A stretch of 49,330 nt of DNA from Candidatus Buchananbacteria bacterium RIFCSPHIGHO2_02_FULL_56_16 (GCA_001817495.1 MHIL01000026.1:18657-67986); one strand, 5' to 3'; numbered from the stretch's first letter, positions 1 through 8,541 are shown. Made by a program: numbers and translations. Notes: generated by a model not told the origin, from the sequence alone.

Positions 1-423
1 CCGATCCTGAACCGCGAGGTAAAAACCGTCATTGCCATCATCGGCATCGTCACCAACATCCTGCTGCTCGGCTTCTTCTGGCTCCTCCACCAGTTCAGCA
101 ACTACGACCTTACCAGCCTGCGGACCATGCTCTTCACCATCCTGGCGATTGATTCATTGCTCTACGTCTTCTCCTGCCGCAGCCTGCGCCATTCAGTCCT
201 GACCATGAACCCTTTGACCAATAAATTTCTGCTCGTCGGCGTCGCGGTCGGCGTGCTGCTCCAGCTGCTGGCCGTCTACGAACCGCACCTCCAGCGGCTG
301 CTCGATACCGTCGCTCTGGGCCCGACCGAATGGCTGATCGTGCTGGGGTTGGCCAGCCTTAACCTGCTGGCGATTGAGCTGACGAAGCACTATTTTATTA
401 CTAAAAAAAGAATGGGGAATTAG
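1..423 (+). CDS. P-type cation-transporting ATPase, C-terminal end (5' part outside window)
   Basis: Frame 1 is open from base 1 to TAG 421-423. The hydrophobic tail ..SLLYVFSCRSLRHSV..TEWLIVLGLASLNLLAIELTKHYF resembles the C-terminal membrane domain of P-type ATPases. Confidence 0.6.
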   Translation, partial: PILNREVKTVIAIIGIVTNILLLGFFWLLHQFSNYDLTSLRTMLFTILAIDSLLYVFSCRSLRHSVLTMNPLTNKFLLVGVAVGVLLQLLAVYEPHLQRLLDTVALGPTEWLIVLGLASLNLLAIELTKHYFITKKRMGN

Positions 424-546
424 CTTTTTAGCTTCTTAGCTTATAGCTTCTTAGGAGTTACGCCTCGCACTAAAAAGCTACAAGCTAAGAAGCTACTTCC
501 TAAAAATCTAACAGCTACCAGCTCAAAGCTATAAGCTTTCAAGGTT
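421..546. repeat. AGCT-type periodic hairpin repeat (family F2, copy 1) filling the stop-to-start spacer
   Basis: Arms are built from 7-8 nt units (TAGCTTC/TTAGCTT versus AAGCTAA/GAAGCTA). Segment 478-530 is 50/53 identical to the reverse complement of 25969-26021. Confidence 0.7.
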
Positions 547-1164
547 ATGAAACCATCTCGCCTCCTCACCCTTACTCCCGGCGAACAGCTGGTGCTCATG
601 GTTCGCCAGAGCCCGCTGCAGCTCGTCAGAGCAGCCATGCTGCCGACGCTCATCATCATTGCCGTCTTTTTTATGCTCTTTCCGCTCTTTGCCCAAGGCA
701 CCGTCGGCATCATCATCTTTGCTGCGATGGTGACGGCCGGAACCCTCTGGCTGGTGCGCGCGTTCATCGTCTGGTACTACCGGACGCTGACGATTACCAC
801 CAAACGGATTATTGACGTTGACCAGCAGAAGTTATTCAACAAAACCGTCTCCGAGGTGCCGCTCGAAAAAATCCAGGACGTCTTCTACCGCGTCCGGGGC
901 TTAGGCCAAACCATCAGCCGGGTCGGGAACGTCTACCTAGTCTTAGACGATCAAAAGACGCGCATTGAGGCGCTGAACGTCAGCCAGCCGCAGAAAATCC
1001 AGCAGCTCATTCTCAAGCTGCGGTCGGAAACGCTCCACGACCGGCTCGACACCACCAAGCTGTCGGCCCAGGAGCTCATCGAGCTGGTCAAAAAGATTAA
1101 AGCTGGACTTGGTGAAGAGCAATTTAAAAAAATCATCGACGATGACGCGAGCGATGCATCATGA
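547..1164 (+). CDS. Membrane protein with bacterial PH (bPH_2/YdbT-like, DUF304) domain
   Basis: 205 aa ORF with two N-terminal hydrophobic helices. They are followed by YRTLTITTKRIIDVDQQKLFNKTVSEVPLEKIQDV.. typical of membrane-flanked bPH domains. Confidence 0.55.
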   Translation: MKPSRLLTLTPGEQLVLMVRQSPLQLVRAAMLPTLIIIAVFFMLFPLFAQGTVGIIIFAAMVTAGTLWLVRAFIVWYYRTLTITTKRIIDVDQQKLFNKTVSEVPLEKIQDVFYRVRGLGQTISRVGNVYLVLDDQKTRIEALNVSQPQKIQQLILKLRSETLHDRLDTTKLSAQELIELVKKIKAGLGEEQFKKIIDDDASDAS

Positions 1165-1175
1165 GGAGGGCAGAG

Positions 1176-1206
1176 TTGCGACAATTTATGTTAGATGTGC
1201 TATACT
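1176..1206 (+). promoter_or_regulatory. Sigma70-like promoter (TTGCGA-19-TGcTATACT)
   Basis: -35 at 1176-1181 and extended -10 TGcTATACT at 1198-1206. It lies upstream of a ~170 nt leader before the 1385 ORF. Confidence 0.4.
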
Positions 1207-1384
1207 AATCACAGCGGGCTCTTAATAGAGCCAAAAAGCTCCAAGATCATCAATGGATAAAAACAAAATGAACCAAAATGTGATTAGCTATGGCGATAAG
1301 ATCATCTTGTGATAAGGCAACCATTCTTCCATCAAAAAAACGTTTAGCAATATAAACGCGGCTTTGTAGCCGCTTTTTAAACAT

Positions 1385-4300
1385 ATGGGGAATCGAATAA
1401 TGCAGGCTACCAAAACGCGTACCGAATCGCAAGTTGTTTCACTGGCGAAGGTAATTGCCATCATTTTGGTTGGATCAACGATCCTGACCGTCGGCGTTTT
1501 ACTCGCCATTTTAATTGCGGTTACCAAACAGCCGGTTGCCAAAGCGCTGGCCATGCCGGTACCGGTACTGGTGCTCGGTTTTTACCCCGAGGACCCGGCC
1601 AGGCCTGGCTACCTTGACCCCCGGCTGACCGGCAGTACCGAGAGTATCAGCGTCGTCCGGAGCCGGAACGTCCAGGCGCAAAACCAGGCGGTGCAGCTCC
1701 TGTCGGAAAACTCCAGTTTCCGCGGTTATAGCAATTCGCTTGCCCCGAAATCCTTAAAGTTCAGTATCATGAACACCATGAACTTTATTTTTAAAAGCAC
1801 TGACGCGCCCGGGCAAAACACCGACGCGCCCGGATACCAGCATGGCGACGGGACCCCCGCCGTGAGCGCCGATGAAACCTACAATTTGGACTACCGGTAC
1901 ATCTTAACCGACCTCCTGAAAAAACGGTACAGCCGTGATACGCTCGGCAGCAACAATGATATTGACATCTGCAAACTGGTAGACAGCGGCTACGTCAAGC
2001 AGGTCTGGATCTGGAGCTGGCATCGGAAAGCCGAAATCGGCCCGGCCGCCGGGTACGAGATCGGGCCGGTCGAGTCTAACATGTCAATGGGCCGGAGCGT
2101 CATGGGGTACTGGAACTATGACTCGTTTGGCGACGTCAGCAACTCGGGTCATGTTGATGACTTGCCGACCTGCCAGAAGAGCTACGTGGTGCTGAACCTG
2201 AATCTTACTGCCGGTGCGGGCAACATTCTCCACGACTACGGCCACCAGCTCGAAGTAACCTTCAGGTGGGTTGATAAAACACTCTACGAAAATTGGTCGC
2301 TGCCATTTGGTCACATTACGGTGAGTGGAGAATTCTCGGTTTCACCCAACAAACCGGCACTGACCGTGACAGCGGAGGGGGGCGGCTTGGTCGTAACCCG
2401 CGCGTCGAGCCCGGCTGATCCGAAAAACCTCAATGGATACATTACCGTTTCGTCGCTAGCGGGGTTACCAACATACACCGGACCGGTCAATGATTCAGAC
2501 CCACTATATACCGGTACAACCGGTCAGCTGATCTCAACCGCCAATCGCCGTTACTGGCTCGCCCGACCCGACGGCCAGCGCTATGACCTGAAAATCATTG
2601 TCTGGCACAATCAGGATGCGGTTGGTTTCAAGCTGTTCAAACCCTCGGCTGATACGAATACAATTTTTGGCTGCGGCAACCTCCACACGCCGCCGAACGG
2701 AGAGTCGGAGTACGACTACCGGCCTCGGAACGACGGCGTCTTTTCCGACTGCCAGCGCTGGAACCCGGACCAGCCGATCACCGCTCCGGCCCAGGCGGAG
2801 CGAATCAGCTGCGCTAACTGGAGTTGCGCCGATACTGGCATCGTCAATCCCACCGACTCCCCGGACCTCGCCTACTACCGGTGGTGGATGCAAAATTTTC
2901 CCGGCGAGGATAACCAGCTGACGTATAACGGCAAGCCGCTGATCAATTGGTGGCGATACATCGGCGACTTTGATCAAACGCTGCTCACGACCAATAAAAG
3001 ACTCGTGTACGCGCCGCTACGGCCGCAAATCAGCGTAAAAATCCAGACGCCGGCTGCCACGGTGGTTCGGGCGGGCGGGACAGGCATTGAGCTGGCCCGG
3101 TTGGTTCTCCAGCCCAGTAACCTTAGCCAGCCAGAACAGATTGACGCTGTTACCCCAAGTGTCTCGGTTACCAGCAAGCTGTCACCGAATAATTTTACGC
3201 ACTGCCAGCTGTTCGACGAAGCCAACCGGCCAATCTCGCAACCCGTTGACCTCAAACTGTCCCAGATCTCCCTGCCGACGGCTGGTAATCTGGTACTCAC
3301 CGGCCAAACCGTCCGCACGGTATCACTGCGCTGCAACATTGCCGCCAATGTCTATGGTGGAGTTACCGTCCAGCTGGCGAACGCCAACGCGATCCACCTG
3401 CCGACAGCGCCGGCTTTAAGATCCGTCAATGACCAGGTGCAGATCATCGTCGACACAAACAGTAAGAGCGTTATTTCGATAAATTATCCCCGACTTTTTT
3501 TTACCCCACCCTTGGACGTTGAAAAGAAAACCGGTTTCCTGACCGGTACGCCCCTGAAGTTCGGCCTTCAGATTACTCATTTCACCGCCCGGTACATTGG
3601 CTTCAGCTTACGCGATCCAATCACGGGCGCCTCAACCGACCTCGGTTTCATCGGGCCGGTCGGGGGGTACGTGTCGAAGAGCTGGCGGATACCGGCTAAC
3701 TTCGTCGCCAGCCGCGGCGAGTACGAGCTCCGGGTTACCGCCGTTGACGCCGCCACCGGTGTATATGTACCGGTATTAGATAAGGTCACCGGTCGATCGT
3801 TACCGGGAAATGGCCAAAGAAGGATCATCATCGTTAATCCCCTGGTCAGGGGAAACATCATGAACTACCCGGCGTCAACCGTCGTATTCAGCGACCTGGC
3901 CGCCGGGGTGCGGGATGTTTTTATGGCCCAGCTCATGTTTGAGAACCTCGATCCCGCCGCCTCCGCCGTGGTTCAGGGTTTTACCATGGACTTCAACTTT
4001 AAGCGGATGGAGGGGCTGATTACTACTACCTTTGGTGAGCAGTTTTTTAACCGCTGCACGCTCTCTAAATACCCACAGAAGAGCGCGGTTGCGCCGGCGC
4101 GTTCGATCCCGCTGACGAACGACAGCACGAACGACGCCGACGAGCAGCACCACCTCAACCGGATTTACTTTAACTTGAATCCGAGAATCACCATTAACCC
4201 CCGATCGAGGGTCTTCCTGGAGCTCCGCTGCGACCTCGGGCCAATGAGCAACCTTACCGAGGATTCGGTTAGGATATACCTGCTGGCCTACCCGAGCTGG

Positions 4301-4414
4301 TGGTCGGTTGATGCTGCATCAGCCACCCTTGATGTGACGCTCGCCGGTCAAAAAACCGACCGGGCCGTCATGCAGACTTCAAAAACGCCAACCCCGGTAA
4401 TCAATTGGCGTTAA
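1385..4414 (+). CDS. Large (1009 aa) N-terminally anchored extracytoplasmic protein, unknown function
   Basis: Long uninterrupted ORF with an N-terminal hydrophobic helix (VIAIILVGSTILTVGVLLAILIAV). No family recognised by eye. Confidence 0.6.
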   Translation: MGNRIMQATKTRTESQVVSLAKVIAIILVGSTILTVGVLLAILIAVTKQPVAKALAMPVPVLVLGFYPEDPARPGYLDPRLTGSTESISVVRSRNVQAQNQAVQLLSENSSFRGYSNSLAPKSLKFSIMNTMNFIFKSTDAPGQNTDAPGYQHGDGTPAVSADETYNLDYRYILTDLLKKRYSRDTLGSNNDIDICKLVDSGYVKQVWIWSWHRKAEIGPAAGYEIGPVESNMSMGRSVMGYWNYDSFGDVSNSGHVDDLPTCQKSYVVLNLNLTAGAGNILHDYGHQLEVTFRWVDKTLYENWSLPFGHITVSGEFSVSPNKPALTVTAEGGGLVVTRASSPADPKNLNGYITVSSLAGLPTYTGPVNDSDPLYTGTTGQLISTANRRYWLARPDGQRYDLKIIVWHNQDAVGFKLFKPSADTNTIFGCGNLHTPPNGESEYDYRPRNDGVFSDCQRWNPDQPITAPAQAERISCANWSCADTGIVNPTDSPDLAYYRWWMQNFPGEDNQLTYNGKPLINWWRYIGDFDQTLLTTNKRLVYAPLRPQISVKIQTPAATVVRAGGTGIELARLVLQPSNLSQPEQIDAVTPSVSVTSKLSPNNFTHCQLFDEANRPISQPVDLKLSQISLPTAGNLVLTGQTVRTVSLRCNIAANVYGGVTVQLANANAIHLPTAPALRSVNDQVQIIVDTNSKSVISINYPRLFFTPPLDVEKKTGFLTGTPLKFGLQITHFTARYIGFSLRDPITGASTDLGFIGPVGGYVSKSWRIPANFVASRGEYELRVTAVDAATGVYVPVLDKVTGRSLPGNGQRRIIIVNPLVRGNIMNYPASTVVFSDLAAGVRDVFMAQLMFENLDPAASAVVQGFTMDFNFKRMEGLITTTFGEQFFNRCTLSKYPQKSAVAPARSIPLTNDSTNDADEQHHLNRIYFNLNPRITINPRSRVFLELRCDLGPMSNLTEDSVRIYLLAYPSWWSVDAASATLDVTLAGQKTDRAVMQTSKTPTPVINWR

Positions 4415-4531
4415 ATAAAGCGCTAAACGTCTAACGCGTAAATGCAGAGCGCAAAGCATAACCTGTTTTGCGCTTTGCATTTTGCGCGGTTCGGTTCGTT
4501 TCCCTTCGCTTTTGCGGCGGTCGAACATTAA

Positions 4532-4540
4532 TGGTATAAT
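4532..4540 (+). promoter_or_regulatory. Extended -10 promoter element (TGgTATAAT)
   Basis: TGgTATAAT ends 15 nt upstream of ATG 4556. Confidence 0.4.
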
Positions 4541-4555
4541 GAAACGGTACAGCCA

Positions 4556-4963
4556 ATGGCCAACGAATCATTGCGTTCAACAATCCAAAGAAAGTTGGGC
4601 AGCAAGGCCATCTTGCTGGCAGGTTTGTTGTTGTTGCTGCTCTTTTCCGCTAACTTTATCCGCAGCCGCAGCGGCAACCGGGCTATCAACCGTGAGATCA
4701 GCAGCTTAGAGACTGATATTAACCAGCTTGAACAAGACAACACCCGGCTGGCCGAGCTCATTAAGTACCTGAACTCACCCGCGTACCTCGAGGAAAAGGC
4801 CCGGACCGATCTCGGGTTACGAAAACCCGGAGAGCGGGCGGTCATCGTCCCGGACACCGGAGCCAACCCGATAGCCGAAGCAGCGAACGCCAGTACCCCA
4901 ACGAGCTCGCCAGCGACCTCGAACCCCGGGCGCTGGTGGCGGTACTTCTTCGCCAAAAAGTAA
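4556..4963 (+). CDS. Septum formation initiator (FtsB/DivIC family)
   Basis: N-terminal TM helix then a coiled coil, ..EISSLETDINQLEQDNTRLAELIKYLNSPAYLEEKARTDLGLRKPGE.., the characteristic FtsB/DivIC core. Confidence 0.7.
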   Translation: MANESLRSTIQRKLGSKAILLAGLLLLLLFSANFIRSRSGNRAINREISSLETDINQLEQDNTRLAELIKYLNSPAYLEEKARTDLGLRKPGERAVIVPDTGANPIAEAANASTPTSSPATSNPGRWWRYFFAKK

Positions 4964-4965
4964 GT

Positions 4966-6162
4966 ATGGCTCAAACCAATCCCAACCAACCGCCAGAGAA
5001 CCAGCAGTCCGGGGAAACCTCGCCGGAAGAAACCCGGCGGCTCCGCGAAGCGGTTTTACGCTGGCTGGAGAAAACCACCGCGCCCAAGCCGCACCAAAAG
5101 CCGGCGCAGGTTCCAAAACCGCCAAAACCAATCGAGCCACCCGCTAAAGCAACCCGAGCTGATGTTGCCACAAAATCACCCCAGGCACCTCTGGTTCAGC
5201 GCGCTGAACGTCCGGCAGTTGAAAAACCGAAACGAGCGAGCAGAAAAAAGGGCGGGTGGCGTCGAACCGTCAGCCTGGTAGCCGGAGGAATGATGGCCGG
5301 GCTGGTGCTCGTAGTAGCGGTTTTCGGGTTACTCCTGTACCAGTTCAAGTGGCAGGCCGGCTGGGCGGCGGCAGTCACCAGCATCATTCCGTACCCGGTA
5401 GTAATCGTCGACTACCGGCCGCTGCCGTACCGCGAGTGGCAGCAGCAGGTGACGACCCTGCACCAGTTTTACCTCCTGGAAAAGGACCAGAACCCCGAGC
5501 TCGAAATCCCGACGCTTGCGCAAACCCGGCAGCACATTTTAAATCGGATGGTTGAGCAAGTACTGCTCGATGAGCTGGCAACCCGCTACAACCTCACCGT
5601 CACCGACCAAGAGATTGCCCAGAACACCGCGGCGTTGACCGAGGAGATCGGCGGCGAACAGGCGCTGGTCGAGCAGCTCCAGAAGCTCTACGGCTGGACG
5701 ATTGCTGATTTCCAAAAAACTATCTTGCGATCCGTGCTGCTTAAAAACAAACTGAAGCTGGCGCTTACCCTCGACGAGCGAATCAATCCTGAAGTTCGCC
5801 AGCGCGCCGAGCAGGTGCAGAACCTGGTTCGAACCAGCGGCCGTGATTTTGCCGACCTGGCCGCCGAGTACAGTGAAGACGTCACCGCGGTTCAGGGCGG
5901 AGACCTGGGCTACTTCGCGCCCGGCCAGATGGTGCCGATGTTTGAAGCCGCCGCCAAGACGCTGGAGCCGGGCCAGGTCAGCGACCTGGTTAAAACCGAA
6001 TTCGGCTACCACATCATTAAGCTCGAAGAAAAATTGACTGATGAGGCTGGCACCGTTACCCAGATGCGGGCCCGGCACATTTTACTGCGAACCATAAGCC
6101 TGGACGAGTACCTGGAGCAAATGAAACAAACAGCCGCCATTTGGCAGCTGGTAAACCTGTGA
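4966..6162 (+). CDS. Membrane-anchored parvulin-type peptidyl-prolyl isomerase (PrsA/SurA-like)
   Basis: C-terminal PpiC domain ..DFADLAAEYSEDVTAVQGGDLGYFAPGQMVPMFE..EFGYHIIKLEEK. Start taken at ATG 4966, directly after the upstream stop, rather than track start 4936. Confidence 0.8.
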   Translation: MAQTNPNQPPENQQSGETSPEETRRLREAVLRWLEKTTAPKPHQKPAQVPKPPKPIEPPAKATRADVATKSPQAPLVQRAERPAVEKPKRASRKKGGWRRTVSLVAGGMMAGLVLVVAVFGLLLYQFKWQAGWAAAVTSIIPYPVVIVDYRPLPYREWQQQVTTLHQFYLLEKDQNPELEIPTLAQTRQHILNRMVEQVLLDELATRYNLTVTDQEIAQNTAALTEEIGGEQALVEQLQKLYGWTIADFQKTILRSVLLKNKLKLALTLDERINPEVRQRAEQVQNLVRTSGRDFADLAAEYSEDVTAVQGGDLGYFAPGQMVPMFEAAAKTLEPGQVSDLVKTEFGYHIIKLEEKLTDEAGTVTQMRARHILLRTISLDEYLEQMKQTAAIWQLVNL

Positions 6163-6314
6163 GGATGAAATTCAAATTGAAGCACTACGGGAACAGCAGC
6201 TCATCAAAAAAGCCAACGGTGAGAATCCCCGCCAGGGGCGGATGCGCTTTTTTCAAAAATAATTAATGTGGCGCAGAACTCACGACCTTTCCCTTACCTG
6301 CCCGCCATCGCCAA

Positions 6315-6386
6315 AGCCCATGGCCGGAGTTGAACCGACAACCTATCGCTTACGAAGCGATTGCTCTGCCATTGAGCTACATGGGC
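6315..6386 (-). tRNA. tRNA-Thr (anticodon CGT)
   Basis: The reverse complement folds as a cloverleaf by hand: GCCCATG acceptor, GCTC/GAGC D stem, ATCGC-TTCGTAA-GCGAT anticodon arm, GTCGG-TTCAACT-CCGGC T arm. No encoded CCA. Confidence 0.85.
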
Positions 6387-6430
6387 TCAGGCCGTGGCGG
6401 GTCCGCCCTTGGCGGAAGCTGAGCTACGTT

Positions 6431-6514
6431 GGCAAGTTGGCTTGTCGCAAATCGCGAATTGCCTATCGCGTATCGTTTGCACGATTTGCCATGTGCGATA
6501 AGCGATTGGCAAAA
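6431..6514. repeat. GCAAATC/GATTTGC-type periodic hairpin repeat (family F3, copy 1) in the tRNA-Gly to tRNA-Thr spacer
   Basis: Left arm ..gtcgcaaatcgcgaattgcctatcgc.. and right arm ..cgatttgccatgtgcgataagcgattggc.. share the unit sequence of the copies at 13318, 23262 and 26463. Confidence 0.5.
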
Positions 6515-6587
6515 AGCGGGAAACGGGACTCGAACCCGCGACCTTCTGCTTGGGAAGCAGACGCTCTACCAGCTGAGCTACTCCCGC
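6515..6587 (-). tRNA. tRNA-Gly (anticodon CCC)
   Basis: Reverse complement reads GCGGGAGTAGCTCAGCTGGTAGAGCGTCTGCTTCCCAAGCAGAAGGTCGCGGGTTCGAGTCCCGTTTCCCGCT. Canonical arms, anticodon loop TTCCCAA. Confidence 0.9.
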
Positions 6588-6602
6588 AGAAAAAATAACA
6601 TT

Positions 6603-6777
6603 GAGATGGTTACAAAATTATTTCGTGGCGAAATGTTAGATTTTCCGGCGAAACGAGGAAAACCAGCAAAAAGGATCGAGGCGCACTAGCGGTGCGGTGA
6701 GAGCTTTTTTGCGCCCGTTTGACGAAGTTGCAGCCGAAAATCTAACATTGCAGCAGGAAGAATTTTGTAATCATCTC
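6603..6777. repeat. Long imperfect inverted repeat in the divergent tRNA-Gly / ftsE region
   Basis: 6603-6619 pairs with 6761-6777 (16/17). 6631-6648 pairs with 6734-6749. Confidence 0.5.
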
Positions 6778-6815
6778 TACACTACTATAACCCAAGAAAT
6801 GTAAATTAGCAAGCG

Positions 6816-7496
6816 ATGATTATCTTTAAAAACATCACCAAACTCTACCCGCCCAACACGACCGCGGTTAAAGGCATCAACCTCCACATCAAACCCAAGG
6901 AGTTTGTCTCGATCGTCGGCCGCAGCGGCACCGGCAAAACCACGCTGGTGAAGCTGCTGATTGCCGAAGAGAAGCCGACCGAGGGACGGATCATCGTCGG
7001 CGGCTGGGATATCACCGGCATTCGTTCAAACGAGATCCCGATCCTGCGCCGCCAGATCGGCGTGGTGTTTCAGGATTTTAAGCTCCTGACCAAGAAGACG
7101 GTATTCGAAAACATTGCTTTCGCGCTCCAGGTTTGCGGGGCTAAGCGGTCCCGTATCCAAGAGATCGTGCCCCAGGTGCTCAAGATCGTTAACCTATCGG
7201 GCAAGGAAAACCGCTACCCGCTCCAGCTCTCCGGCGGCGAGCAGCAACGGGTGGCGATCGCCCGGTCGCTCGTCCACCGGCCGAAGATCCTGATCGCCGA
7301 TGAACCAACCGGTAACCTCGATTCATTCAACACCCGCGAGATCATCGACCTCCTGCTCAAGATCAACGAGTTCGGCACCACCGTGCTTCTGGTCAGCCAC
7401 GACCGGGAGGTCGTCAACTACGTCAACAAACGAGTGATTGCCCTCGGCGACGGGCAGATCATCTCCGACCAAAAAATCGGTAAGTACATCATCTAA
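6816..7496 (+). CDS. ftsE: Cell division ATP-binding protein FtsE
   Basis: Walker A GRSGTGKTT, ABC signature LSGGEQQRV and Walker B ILIADEPT. Followed by ftsX. Confidence 0.9.
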   Translation: MIIFKNITKLYPPNTTAVKGINLHIKPKEFVSIVGRSGTGKTTLVKLLIAEEKPTEGRIIVGGWDITGIRSNEIPILRRQIGVVFQDFKLLTKKTVFENIAFALQVCGAKRSRIQEIVPQVLKIVNLSGKENRYPLQLSGGEQQRVAIARSLVHRPKILIADEPTGNLDSFNTREIIDLLLKINEFGTTVLLVSHDREVVNYVNKRVIALGDGQIISDQKIGKYII

Positions 7497-7500
7497 CCCC

Positions 7501-7626
7501 TATGCCCCGTAGTAGCCCCTCACCTTATGTAAGCAAGCATTACTACATGGAACGATGTAATCATGTATTATTAGTAACTACCCCTTACCTTGAAATAAGC
7601 AAGGTGAGGGATCACTACGGGGTATG
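7501..7626 (+). repeat. Start-codon-abutting structured element (SCE), copy A
   Basis: TATGCCCCGTAGTAGCCCCTCACCTT at the 5' end pairs with AAGGTGAGGGATCACTACGGGGTATG at the 3' end. The last ATG is the ftsX start codon. Confidence 0.8.
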
Positions 7627-8541
7627 AGCCTCGCTTCCTGGTACCAACTGATTATCTTTTCCTGGCAGAGCTTTTGGCGTAACATCTGGCTCTCGATTGT
7701 GACGATCACCATTATCGTCCTGGCGCTCGTGTCGATCAATTTTCTCGTCGTCTTGAATGTCATCACCGACACTGCGGTTTCGCTGGTTCAGGAAAAAATT
7801 GACGTCAGCGTCTACTTCAAGCAGACCGTCACCGAGCCGCAGGTGCTGGAGGTCAAAACCTACCTCGCCTCGCTGGCCCAGGTGGACGACATCACCTACA
7901 TTTCCCAACAGACGGCCCTGCAAGCGTTCCGCGAGCGCCACCAGCAGAATACCGCCATCATCGAGTCGCTCGAAGCGCTCGACCAAAACCCGCTGGGCGC
8001 AACGCTCATCATTCAAGCCAAAAGTCTTGATGACTACCCCGAGATCCTCTCGGTGCTCGACAACTCAAAGTACAATGAGCTCATTTTGGACAAAAACTTT
8101 GAAGACCACGCGGCGTACATCAGCAAGCTCAAAAACATCTCAGACACCATCAACCGAATCGGCATCCTGACCGCCGCGGTCTTCATCTTTATCGCGACCC
8201 TGATTGTCTTTAACACCATTCGGGTCGCCATCTACACCCACCGGCAAGAAATCGGCATCATGAAGCTGGTCGGCGCCGCAAACTGGTTCATCCGCAGCCC
8301 GTTTTTGTTCAGCGGCATCTGGTACGGCATCGTCGCCACGGTGTTCGCCGTCGCCATTATGTTCCCCCTCCTCAAGGTGATGCAGCCGCCCCTGAACGCT
8401 TTTTTCCTGACGGCAGACGTCAGCCTGGCCGCCTACTTTCGTCAGCACTTCTGGCAAATTTTCGGCATCGAGTTCCTCGGCATCATCCTGCTCAACGCCG
8501 TCAGCAGCTTCGTCGCGATCCGCCGGTACCTCAAGGTGTAA
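7624..8541 (+). CDS. ftsX: Cell division permease FtsX
   Basis: 305 aa with an N-terminal TM helix, a periplasmic-type loop and three C-terminal TM helices. Positioned after ftsE. Confidence 0.85.
   Translation: MSLASWYQLIIFSWQSFWRNIWLSIVTITIIVLALVSINFLVVLNVITDTAVSLVQEKIDVSVYFKQTVTEPQVLEVKTYLASLAQVDDITYISQQTALQAFRERHQQNTAIIESLEALDQNPLGATLIIQAKSLDDYPEILSVLDNSKYNELILDKNFEDHAAYISKLKNISDTINRIGILTAAVFIFIATLIVFNTIRVAIYTHRQEIGIMKLVGAANWFIRSPFLFSGIWYGIVATVFAVAIMFPLLKVMQPPLNAFFLTADVSLAAYFRQHFWQIFGIEFLGIILLNAVSSFVAIRRYLKV

Noticed and set aside
421-546. CRISPR array as an explanation for the periodic short repeats in intergenic regions.
   Set aside because: The units are 7-8 nt, degenerate and contiguous with no spacers. 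Each block is mirrored by a complementary arm, and no cas genes are present.
6266-6314. Possible third tRNA or tRNA fragment next to tRNA-Thr (TGGCGCAGAACTCACGACC..).
   Set aside because: It cannot be folded into a cloverleaf by hand. Only ~46 nt are available and the T-arm candidates do not pair.
6266-6689. Plus-strand ORFs 6266-6598 and 6429-6689.
   Set aside because: They run across two minus-strand tRNA genes and the repeat between them, and are translation artefacts.
7501-7626. SCE elements as self-splicing introns or inteins interrupting the gene starts.
   Set aside because: At 126-170 nt they are too short for group I or group II introns, and they lack GUGYG..AY ends or P-helices. 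They lie upstream of, not within, the conserved coding sequence.
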